NCBI GenBank assembly: GCA_963733035.1
Contig: CAVTBU010000005.1
Span: forward strand, 1,056,001-1,120,000
From: Pirellulales bacterium
Lineage (GTDB): Bacteria; Planctomycetota; Planctomycetia; Pirellulales; PALSA-1355
Direction of reading: 5' to 3'
DNA: 64,000 nt
Below the pieces are notes generated by a model. The model worked only from the letters and a program-made list of their open reading frames with translations. It was not told the origin of the DNA and made no database searches. This document shows positions 23,285-32,333 of this stretch, piece by piece; within the stretch, counting starts at the first letter, position 1, and every line of letters starts with the position of its first letter. Position numbers and translations under genes: made by a program.

Positions 23285-23974
23285 CTAGCCGCCCGGGTCC
23301 TCAGAGGGCGTGTTGGCTGGTGGGGCCCAACGAGGATCGTGGCGATAGACCCAATACGAGTAGACGACCAAGCCGGCCAATCCGACGCCGCCGACTACGA
23401 GCGTAACCGCTAGATACCAACCAGCACGCACCACGCCAATCGCCGCCACCATTGGCCCAAGCAATAGGAAAAGCCAACCGCCGACGCGATGGGTCTTTTT
23501 CCAGGCAAGATCGCTGGAGAGCGTCCAAGGAGTGCGGATCCCTACGAACCAGTTTGGCTGCAGTCGGTGCACCAAACTCCCCAAGACTACGAACAGGCCC
23601 CCAACTCCCAGCGAAATCACAAGCCCAACGTCGATGGGCTGACCAAAAGCGGCTAGTAGCGTCGCGCCATACAGCAGCGTCAGAAACATGACCAGCGTAA
23701 CACGAATCGCGAGGTACGTTCCTTCGAATCGGACATAGTTCGCGTATCGCGGGTCGATCCTGGGGAGCCAGAGCAGCAGCAGGTAGATCCCAAGCGTGAT
23801 CGCTGGCACCAGCAATAGTCCAGTCGCTTTGCCGGCGTAGCCGTCCACCTCTCCCTGGAGGTTCCAGTGGACGGGAAGTCGATCGGGCGCGAAAGGCCAT
23901 GCCGCGATCGCAGCCAGGAACATCGCCGCAATGAAAACCAGCTGCGGTAATTCGCTTCGCCAGGTTATATGCAT
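23285..23974 (-). CDS. SdpI/DUF1648-family membrane protein
   Basis: PDRLPVHWNLQGEVDGY, PNWFVGIRTPWTLSSD..WKKTHR. Confidence 0.88.
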   Translation of the reverse strand: MHITWRSELPQLVFIAAMFLAAIAAWPFAPDRLPVHWNLQGEVDGYAGKATGLLLVPAITLGIYLLLLWLPRIDPRYANYVRFEGTYLAIRVTLVMFLTLLYGATLLAAFGQPIDVGLVISLGVGGLFVVLGSLVHRLQPNWFVGIRTPWTLSSDLAWKKTHRVGGWLFLLLGPMVAAIGVVRAGWYLAVTLVVGGVGLAGLVVYSYWVYRHDPRWAPPANTPSEDPGG

Positions 23975-23995
23975 CTCGGCAATCCAGTGCGCCCG

Positions 23996-24467
23996 TCAGG
24001 TCGCAGGCGCTGTAGCGGCGTGGACTTCGGACCCTTGAATTACAAACTGGCGCTTCAGAGCCGGCGCGCAGCACAAAGTACGTCAGCAAACCTACCGGTC
24101 CCATCATGAACGTCAGGAACAAGCACGGGATGACCAGCAGGTGAGGGATGCCCAGACGGCGGGCATCGCGCACTTCCCAACTGCCGACGAACAAATCGAA
24201 CGCCAGGTAGTGAATCCACGCGGCCAGCAGCATGCCGTCGATCGAGAGTGCGTTCTGCACCCCGGCGAGCGAACCAAAGGCACCGAATCCCTCGGGCACT
24301 TCGCGGAAATACTGGATGAACAAAACCAGGTAGGTTGCCCCCAGAATCGCCGGCAGCAAGGCGGCCGAGACCGTCTGGGTCCACTTCCAGCCCGGCAGCA
24401 TCACCAGCAACAACCAGCCGGGCAGCGCAACCCAACCCACAATGTCAAACAGTCGAGCGAGATCCAC
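23996..24467 (-). CDS. ABA4-like (DUF4281) membrane protein (probable indel near 24060)
   Basis: AWIHYLAFDLFVG, PCLFLTFMMGPVGLL; a one-base shift gives a stop at 23996 just upstream of the SdpI gene instead of a long overlap. Confidence 0.8.
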
Positions 24468-24588
24468 CGGTAATCTCCTGCAAGTGCGATGAGGTGCTAC
24501 GCTGGCAAATGCCAGGGGCTTCGAAATGCGTCAGCAGTATAACAAATGCCAAGCCGCGAGCACCCAGTCACTGGCATGCCAACCGGAT

Positions 24589-26250
24589 TCAATCCTGGAT
24601 GGGCGTGCCCCAATCGGCCGTGAACTGAGCGTGGCACTTGTTGCACTCCACCCGCCGCCCAAGATGTTCGGCTTTCAATTTGCTGACCTGGCCGCACCCG
24701 GAGCATGTAACATTTACATGGAGGTCATGCGCCACTTCCGCGTCGATCGCGCTGTCGGGAACTCCGCGAAAGACGACGTCGCTCGGCTCCAAGCGTGTCA
24801 GCAGGTCCTTGGTGAGCGGCACGATATCGGCCACGCGGTTGGCAAGACGGCGGATTGCATGCTCGAACACGTTGCGCACCAGTCGCCCGTTGCCAAAATG
24901 TTGGTCGCGATGTGCGACGAGATAGTTGAACCCCAGAATCAATCTGGCCCGCGTCTCGGGGGGCAACAGATAGTGGTTCTTTTCGCATAGCAGCTGCATG
25001 ATTCGGCAGAGCTCGACGACCGTGTAGTCTGGAAAAACCAGCGTGCGTTGAAACCGCGAGGCCAGGCCGGGGTTGGTGGCCAGCAGCCGCTCCATCTCGG
25101 CCGGGTAGCCCGCCAGCACAACGACCAAACGATTGCGATCGTCCTCCATGCGTTTGAGCAGGATCTGCACGGCTTCGTGCCCGTACGGGTCATCGCCTTC
25201 GTCGCTTACCAGGCTGTACGCTTCGTCGATGAACAGCACACCGTCGAGCGCCGTGTCGACGACGCGATTCGTGCGTTCGGCGGTTTGGCCCACATAGCCG
25301 GCCACCAGGGCCGAGCGATCGGCTTCGATCAAGTGGCCGCGCGAGACGATTCCGAGTGCACCGAACACCTCGCCCAAGATTCGTGCCACGGACGTTTTGC
25401 CGGTTCCCGGATTGCCGGCGAAGACCGTGTGAATGCTGACTTGCGTGCGCGGCAGGCCAGCTTTCTCGCGCTGCTGCTGCACCTGCAAGAAGCGGGTTAG
25501 CTCGTGAACTTCGGTCTTGATCGCCTCCAGGCCGATCAGTTCGTCGAGCGAACGCAAAGCCGCTTGCAGACGTTCTTCGTCGGTGGGTGGATGGACCGCG
25601 GCGGCCGGGCGAGTCGCGGAAGCGATTGTTGGTTCTTCGATCGGCGAGATATCCAAGAGCGGCTCCTCGTGTCGGGGGCGCACCATGGGCGGATACACCA
25701 TGCTCTCGCCGGCTTCGAGCGGCACGGGACGCAAGTGCCTGTGGACCTCGGCCAGAATGCCCTTGAGCTGCACGGTCTCTTCCGGAGCCAGCGTGCCGTC
25801 GGCCTTGGCAACCAGGTTGCCGAGCCGCATGACGACGGTCTCGACTTCGCCCACCCGCTCTCGAAGCGCCGGCACGGCCTCGAACGGTCGCAAGAGGCGA
25901 TACCAGTCGAACTTGTCGGCCATCGGCACCAGCTCCTGCAAAACGGCTCCAATCTCGTCCGGCGGAAACTCGCGTCCCCACAGCTTGGCGATGAGGACTT
26001 GCGCGAGCTGCCGTTCCTGCGTGGTAAACCGCCGGTCGGCCTGCATGATCGTCAGATAGATCTTGATCACCAACCCGCGGGCAAGATCCTCCATCAGCCC
26101 CAACTTGGACTCCCAAGTGCCGGCCGCGGCGCCGGTCGAGAGGCTTTGATTCCAGGCCAGGGCGCTCGATCGATAGAGTTCGAGGCAATCGTCGACGGCC
26201 TGGCTGAAACTGGAGACGTGTGAATCGCGCTGGTCAACCGATTTGGGCAT
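24589..26250 (-). CDS. AAA+ ATPase of the CbbX/SpoVK/EccA type with TerB-like N-terminus and C-terminal Zn ribbon
   Basis: LIGLEAIK, GNPGTGKT, LVAGYVGQTA, VLFIDEAYSL, NPGLASRF, FGNGRLVRN; two AD-x-x-x-x-x-E motifs; CSGC...CNKC. Confidence 0.88.
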   Translation of the reverse strand: MPKSVDQRDSHVSSFSQAVDDCLELYRSSALAWNQSLSTGAAAGTWESKLGLMEDLARGLVIKIYLTIMQADRRFTTQERQLAQVLIAKLWGREFPPDEIGAVLQELVPMADKFDWYRLLRPFEAVPALRERVGEVETVVMRLGNLVAKADGTLAPEETVQLKGILAEVHRHLRPVPLEAGESMVYPPMVRPRHEEPLLDISPIEEPTIASATRPAAAVHPPTDEERLQAALRSLDELIGLEAIKTEVHELTRFLQVQQQREKAGLPRTQVSIHTVFAGNPGTGKTSVARILGEVFGALGIVSRGHLIEADRSALVAGYVGQTAERTNRVVDTALDGVLFIDEAYSLVSDEGDDPYGHEAVQILLKRMEDDRNRLVVVLAGYPAEMERLLATNPGLASRFQRTLVFPDYTVVELCRIMQLLCEKNHYLLPPETRARLILGFNYLVAHRDQHFGNGRLVRNVFEHAIRRLANRVADIVPLTKDLLTRLEPSDVVFRGVPDSAIDAEVAHDLHVNVTCSGCGQVSKLKAEHLGRRVECNKCHAQFTADWGTPIQD

Positions 26251-26879
26251 CGTCCACACGTGCTGGGAAGGGGGGCGGTCCGGCAACTGGCTCATTATAC
26301 CGCATACCGCTTGGGATACGGAAATCGACGCGAGTCGCTCGCCCGCGCGAATCCGTTCCGATTGAAACGGTCCCGGCGGCCAAGCGTCAACCAAAGGACG
26401 AGGCCAGAGGTGGATCGATTCGGCAGGCGCGGAAAGAAATGCGTGCAGAATGAGCGCATGGCCCGATTGACCAACAAAAAGTTTGGTGCGGCTGCTCTTT
26501 GGACGAGCCGGGATTGTTCTTTAAAGTTGGTTAGACACGTGATCACTCCTCGATCATCGGCCAAAGAGCAGCTGGTGCACGCGGGATGATACCCGTCACT
26601 CGTCTGAGGCGTTAAGTGCCCGGCATTTCCAATCCATCCCTCACTGGGCCGGGTGGTTTCTCAGACACGGGCGGACAAGCCTGGGGCAACGACTCCCACA
26701 TGCCGCCGACTTTCGGCGAGCACGATCGGAGCGGCGTGAATCAACGAGACGAAAAACACTGCGGCTGGCGCCCGCCGCAGGGCATTTGTCCCAAGCACGG
26801 GGCCAAGACGTCCCCGTCTCAACGAAACGCTACGCTTCGCGTGACCACGCCTGGCCACCAGACTGAAACGCATTGTGCG

Positions 26880-27192
26880 GGAAGTGGTGGCTCGATTTCA
26901 AGGAAAGATTCTTCGCGAGCGATTCACGAGACAACGAGCCCGCTGCCGGTGCTGTTGAGAGTCTTTCGTCTATCGGCTGGGCTGCAGCCATACCGTGGAT
27001 CGCCCCACGCAAGTCGTCATCTGATAGTCAAGCACGTGAATATTGCACCCAAGGCTTCTAGACGCCGCGCGGCAGCGCAAGGCCGCTGAAACGGGTTGCC
27101 AGTGAAGAAAGTTGCGAGGGTTTCAAAATCACTCGCACAAGTCACCGCAAAACGTTTTTCGAAAACGCAGGTGAAATCGAGCCACCACTTCC
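26880..27192. repeat. Perfect 21-bp inverted repeat enclosing 271 bp
   Basis: GGAAGTGGTGGCTCGATTTCA (26880-26900) and TGAAATCGAGCCACCACTTCC (27172-27192). Confidence 0.92.
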
Positions 27193-27317
27193 GCTAAGCT
27201 CGCAAGCAATCAACACAACTGGGTATTGAAAGAGCCTGGGCCCACTAGCCAGGTATCGGCAGAGCCCGCTTCCGGATTCATTTCGGCGGCGGGCTCGTTG
27301 CATTTAGGGAGCTTGCC

Positions 27318-28088
27318 ATGACACGTCGCGATCTTGACGATTCAATGCCCGACGACGATCTGTCGGCCAAATCAATCGATCCAACGGCATCAATCGAGCA
27401 ATCGGCCAATGATTCCACGATCGACGAGGCGCGAAGCGATGAAGAAGCGGACGCCGGTGACACATCTGGTGAAATTGGAACTGACGATGCGGAGAGCCCC
27501 GAGGCAAGTGCCTTTTTGAACGCGGTGTCGGCCTCCCTGAATGCACAGGATAAGACAGATAGTGAAGCGGCACACAACGCCGCTGATGACGGCAGTTCGA
27601 ATCCGGCAGTCCTCGGGAATGACTCCACGAACGCGGCCGATTCGAAGACAGCCGCTAAAGCCGAACCGGCCCAAGAGGAACTGCGGAGGTCCAGCGGAAA
27701 GAAATTCGACTTTGGCCCGCGGCGGCTTCCACCCCCGACTCCGTTTGAACAGTTGGTGATGGATATGTCGGCCGCACGCCGGGCGGGTCCATCGCCTCCG
27801 TCGGCAGCACCGGAAGCATCCCCGCCAGTTCACTCCGCGTTTGCGCCGTCAGAGTCGCGGCCAAGCTTTGCGTTGTCGCCTTCGATCGAGTCGGCCGCCG
27901 GGGCGTTCACGGTCAATGTGCAGGTCAGCCTGACCGACGAGGCGATTCGCCGAGTTGCGGAGGCGGCCGTCCGAGAGCTAGCCGGCGTGAGTCACAAACA
28001 GCTGGAGATCGTGGCCAAACGCCTGTTCGACCTCGATCAGGAGATCTTTGCCCGCGAGGCCAATCGACGCGCCTTGTATCGCTACTGA
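27318..28088 (+). CDS. Hypothetical protein (acidic disordered N-terminus, helical C-terminus)
   Basis: GGGAG SD upstream; 256-aa ORF co-oriented with the toxin gene. Confidence 0.65.
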   Translation: MTRRDLDDSMPDDDLSAKSIDPTASIEQSANDSTIDEARSDEEADAGDTSGEIGTDDAESPEASAFLNAVSASLNAQDKTDSEAAHNAADDGSSNPAVLGNDSTNAADSKTAAKAEPAQEELRRSSGKKFDFGPRRLPPPTPFEQLVMDMSAARRAGPSPPSAAPEASPPVHSAFAPSESRPSFALSPSIESAAGAFTVNVQVSLTDEAIRRVAEAAVRELAGVSHKQLEIVAKRLFDLDQEIFAREANRRALYRY

Positions 28089-28139
28089 TCGCTCTGAGCT
28101 TTAGGAATCACGGACGTCGCAGGCCTTCACGGGCAGCCC

Positions 28140-29690
28140 ATGTACAGCTTCGACCCGCAGGAATGGAAGCAGCACTATCGCCGGGCGGCCGGACCGGCCA
28201 GCAAACACGTCGATCGGCTGCTCGACCGTTTTCAGGAATCGCTCCGCGATTGGTTGCACGCGGCGCTCAACTGGCCGGAGGAGGACTGGCGAACCGATTT
28301 GGCGAGGTTTCTTGATCATTCACGAGGAGCGGGCGTGATCGTCGAGCCGGACGGACGAGCCGCGCTGGAATCGCTCCTGAGATCGCGAGCCAGCGGCAAG
28401 GGGCTCTTGGCCGACCGAGCGCAGGGGCGGATCTCGAAACCTCCATTCCAGTTAGTGGCAGTCGAATTCTCCAACGACGGTCAGGATACAGACGCCACTG
28501 TCGACTACCGTGCCGAACCGACCGAGCCGGAATTAAGTTACGAGCTCGCCGGTTCTGGCCCGGAGACGTCGGAAGCGTATCAACGGAAGGTCAAGCAGAT
28601 CCTTGCCGTGCTCGACGAGTTCGTCGCGCGAATCTGGGAACAGAAACGTGGGATCGTCCGCTCGCGCGAGCGGAACTGGTTGCAGTTCCGTTACTACTCG
28701 GAAAAGGACGACGGCCGATTGGTGATCGTCGTGTCGCCCGAGTTTACCGCGCGTGATACCGCGCTGGCGATTCTCGCCGAAGCGTACGCTTCCGGATCGA
28801 ATCGGATCAACGCCGAGGTGCTCGAGAAGAAGCTGCTGACGGCTGAGGAAATCGAGAAGCAGTACGCCGAGCTTCAAACCAAGGCCTTCAAAGAGGCGGC
28901 AGGTCAAGCGGCGTTTCTCGCCGAGTTCTACGTTAGTTCGCTGGCGTCACTCACGCCCGCCGGCGAACTGATCGTGACAGTCGATGACATCGATAGGAAC
29001 GGCTTTTCTTGGCAACACCTGTTCAATGCCTTGCCACTTCTCCGCCACCTGCCGTTCACAGTTATTGCCGTCAGCTTGAAGCTGAAGGATGGCCATAAAC
29101 TAACGATTCCCGCCCCGCTGCTGCGCAAAATCAAAGCGTTGGGCAAGGCAGGCGCCGCCAAAATCTCTAAAGCCGTTAATTTGTCGAAGTCACCGGAAGA
29201 GGCGCTTGAGAAGATCAAAAAGGTGCTTGAAAAGAAAAAAGGACGCACGTCGCCCAAGAAAGTCAAACCAAAGACCAAGCCATCAAAACCGGCAAAGAAA
29301 CCACCAGTATCAATCAAAAAGGGACCGGGACGATGGATCAAGCCCGACACCAACATGAGACCGCGAAACCGACGGTATCAAACGCAGATTTCGGGTCGAC
29401 TTGAGGAATACCTCGTTGAAGGTGTGAAATTCGACGGTTACAAAAATGGCACACTACTAGAAGCGAAGGGGCCCGGCTACGTGAATTTCGTTACCAAAAA
29501 TGACGAGTTTTACGGTTGGTTTCGTAAGAAAGATGAGCTTATCGATCAGGCTACGCGACAGCTTGAAGTGGCAAACGGCATCCGGATCGAGTGGCACATT
29601 GCGGAGAAGAAACTATACGATGCGATCGAGGCATTGTTCAAGGATGAAGGAATATCTGGCATCATACTAATTCTTACTATACCGAAGTGA
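28140..29690 (+). CDS. Polymorphic toxin with C-terminal Tox-REase-5 nuclease
   Basis: GPGRW, YQTQISG, VKFDGY...LLEAKGPGY, QATRQ, IEWHIAE; Lys/Pro-rich linker before the domain. Confidence 0.88.
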   Translation: MYSFDPQEWKQHYRRAAGPASKHVDRLLDRFQESLRDWLHAALNWPEEDWRTDLARFLDHSRGAGVIVEPDGRAALESLLRSRASGKGLLADRAQGRISKPPFQLVAVEFSNDGQDTDATVDYRAEPTEPELSYELAGSGPETSEAYQRKVKQILAVLDEFVARIWEQKRGIVRSRERNWLQFRYYSEKDDGRLVIVVSPEFTARDTALAILAEAYASGSNRINAEVLEKKLLTAEEIEKQYAELQTKAFKEAAGQAAFLAEFYVSSLASLTPAGELIVTVDDIDRNGFSWQHLFNALPLLRHLPFTVIAVSLKLKDGHKLTIPAPLLRKIKALGKAGAAKISKAVNLSKSPEEALEKIKKVLEKKKGRTSPKKVKPKTKPSKPAKKPPVSIKKGPGRWIKPDTNMRPRNRRYQTQISGRLEEYLVEGVKFDGYKNGTLLEAKGPGYVNFVTKNDEFYGWFRKKDELIDQATRQLEVANGIRIEWHIAEKKLYDAIEALFKDEGISGIILILTIPK

Positions 29691-29694
29691 CGCG

Positions 29695-30396
29695 ATGTCC
29701 AAGCTATTCATCGGTGCGTACTGGAAAAGCCGCAGGGCCTCTGTCGGCTCTTGTGCGGACCGACTAGAGAAGTGGCTGCGTACAATCGACGAGATTGCCG
29801 GCCAGACCGTACTCTGGCGTTACGCCGTGCGCAGAAAGCCGCGACTTGAGGAGCTTATTTGCGGACCTGAACGGGAAAAATGCTTGCGGGAACTATTACT
29901 GCTCCGTCGCAATCGCACGGACGTTGGGAACCGGGTGATCCCGTCTCTGGGTTTTTCCGTGTCCTTTTTGAGTGGTGGCGACAGCCACTCGACGTCGGAA
30001 CTCCACATCCACTGCGGTGCATACAGTCGATATATAGGTAACTGCCTTACTTGGGACCGACCAGAGGAAGTTATCGGCGCCGCCGATGTTCAACCGTACC
30101 TGGAGGTGCTGACGGAGCTGGCCGAGCTATGGGAACCGGATTGGGCGGGAGTAATGTCGCGAGAAGCAATGCGCACTCGAGATTACGATGTGAAACCATT
30201 TGTGGATTGGATGTTCTACGTCTGCGACGATTGGTGGTCGCAGCCCCCAGTCGTCGATCCTCCGGCCGTCGTGCGTCGACTGTCGGGCGGGAATCTGATT
30301 GTCGTGCAAGATGCAATCCCAGATCCCCACGATCCCAAACATCTGGCGCAGATACAACGTGTTCAGCAATCGATCAACCCTGCGCTCGATCGGTAG
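29695..30396 (+). CDS. Imm52-like immunity protein
   Basis: Starts 4 bp after the toxin stop; IGAYW..R, LGFS, HCG, WEPDWAGV, VDWMFY; Imm52 is the usual Tox-REase-5 partner. Confidence 0.8.
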   Translation: MSKLFIGAYWKSRRASVGSCADRLEKWLRTIDEIAGQTVLWRYAVRRKPRLEELICGPEREKCLRELLLLRRNRTDVGNRVIPSLGFSVSFLSGGDSHSTSELHIHCGAYSRYIGNCLTWDRPEEVIGAADVQPYLEVLTELAELWEPDWAGVMSREAMRTRDYDVKPFVDWMFYVCDDWWSQPPVVDPPAVVRRLSGGNLIVVQDAIPDPHDPKHLAQIQRVQQSINPALDR

Positions 30397-30574
30397 CCTT
30401 CTCGCTATGTGTTCCACTGGCCCGTTCCTGGCGGGCCGCGCTTTATGGGCTGGGCTACTTGCGCGGCATGGATCGACCCACGTAACTCCTCAACTTCAGG
30501 GCCGTGGCCAGCGGTCAGTCGCCCCGAGCGCAGGCGAAAATGCCGGGGAGCGGGACGATTCGTCGCCAGTTTGA

Positions 30575-31722
30575 TCAAAAGTCATTTTCCTTTAGCCGAT
30601 ATTGCCAGGGGGTCGCCACTCGCTGCGAGGCCCCGCTCGGCGCGCTCGCCGTAACGGGATCTCCGGCGGCCGTGATGTCGACGACCACGTCCGCCCCGTT
30701 GGGCGTCATCAATTGCGTGTAGACCCGGTAGTCGATGTCGTCGGCCAGAAACCTGGCGTTCCCGCCGCAGAACATGGCATTCACTCCGCCGGGATGATGC
30801 GAGGAGGGCCGAGCGGCCGTCAGTCCGCCGAAGTGCGATTGGTTGCGATATCGAATCGGTACCGGAGCGACCTGGTCCTTCTGGCCGTTGATCGGAATCG
30901 ATTGCGCACCATAGACGTTCTGACGCAAGACGTCGACGGTGGGTGGATAGGCATTGTCGGCCTTGCCGGTGAGAAACCAAACGAACGACGTGTTCTGTCG
31001 CATTTGAAATTCGCTTTCGTACGGACGGTTCTCGTCATTCGGATTGGTGGCCCACGTCGTGGCCTGCAAGTTTTCACTGAGTAACAGCGTGTAGGTATTG
31101 CCGTCATGCTGCGAGAGAAAGTCGAGGGTTACACTGGGCGCCTGGTCGGGATGAAAATTAACAACCCGTGGATCTGGATTCGGCCGCGCGGAGGTTTGGG
31201 CGTAATCGGCTCGCGCACGATTGAAAAACAGGCCGGCGTTGACATCCTCGACCCAGCCAGGGGGAGACGGAATCGGCGGCAAAAAGTCATTCGCCGTGCG
31301 AGCCGAACCGCTGTTAACGACGTACGACAGTTCGTCGGCGCGGCGACCGCGCCGGGATCATTCGGACAAACCAATTGACTGAGGCCCGCCACGAGGTCGG
31401 GGCGTTTGCCGTCAATCGGCGCGATCGATTCGTTGGACCAATTTCGGTACAGGTCATTCCGCTCGAGTTGCGGCAGGATCGGCACCACCCAGCTTGCTCG
31501 CTTTCCGCCGACTACGTTGGCGTAGCCTGGGAACTGCCGGTGCGTTTCGGCGTATTGCATGAGTCCGAGGGCACACTGACGCAAGTTGTTCGAACAGGTT
31601 GCATAGCTCCGCGACCGGCTCTGTTGCCACATCGGGAGAAACAGCGCGGCGAGCAAGAAGATCGCGAACAATGCCACCAGCACTTCCGCAAGATAGACGC
31701 GTCCGCTTCGCTGTCCGTTCAT
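30575..31722 (-). CDS. DUF1559 (prepilin-like) protein (frameshift near 31336)
   Basis: YLAEVLVALFAI, CSNNLRQ, SWVVPILPQLE, LVCPND, LSYVVNSG, TLLLSE, PSSHHPGGVN. Confidence 0.88.
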
Positions 31723-32233
31723 GGCCGGCCTCCTCGAATTCCGCTAAACGAGTTGCTACCACCATGCCTTTCATTTTGACCGGATTCGCTCGGGAGCGCG
31801 GCGATTATCCTCGCCGCAGCGCCCGGCAATTATAACGGCTCGTAACTAGCCAATGCGAATCGCGCGGGCCGTGACTGATTGTTCGCCGGCGACTTTGTAA
31901 CCGTTCAACCGGACGGCCGCAATTTTCGCCTGCCCATAAGCCATTTTCAAACTACGCAGCCCGTTCGCTGGCGGAGTTCGGGTGGGCCAAAAACCAGACG
32001 TCGGGGAGCAACTCAGCCAGCCCATCGGGCGGAGTTGTGGGGAGCAGCCGAAGAACGTCGGCCAGGTAACGGAACGGGTCAATTCCATCCCAAGGGGACG
32101 CAGACATTTTCGATCACCGGCGGGCGGCGGTTGACGGTACGATGCGCGGCATGCCTCGCGCGGCTCGCACGCTTCTGGGCGGATAGGTTTATCGTATCCG
32201 CAATCGGGCCAGCGACCGACCTCCGGTCGGCGC

Positions 32234-32273
32234 AAAAAACAGCGGCCCGGTCCAACTTGGGACCGGGCCGCTG
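32234..32273 (-). terminator. Rho-independent terminator of the YTV-repeat gene
   Basis: 14-bp stem CAGCGGCCCGGTCC / GGACCGGGCCGCTG followed by T6 on the minus strand. Confidence 0.85.
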
Positions 32274-32333
32274 GTGTTGACCAGACCTTCCTGCTGAGTA
32301 CGACTCAGAAGAAGACTACACGCTTACTTTCCT

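Noticed and set aside
23301..24467. 388-aa ABA4-like ORF overlapping the SdpI gene
   Set aside because: The C-terminal extension is not protein-like; one indel near 24060 gives a normal stop at 23996.
26580..26875. Possible ncRNA or short ORF with local hairpins (e.g. CGCCGA-CTT-TCGGCG)
   Set aside because: Short GC-rich stems are expected at this base composition and no RNA family is recognisable.
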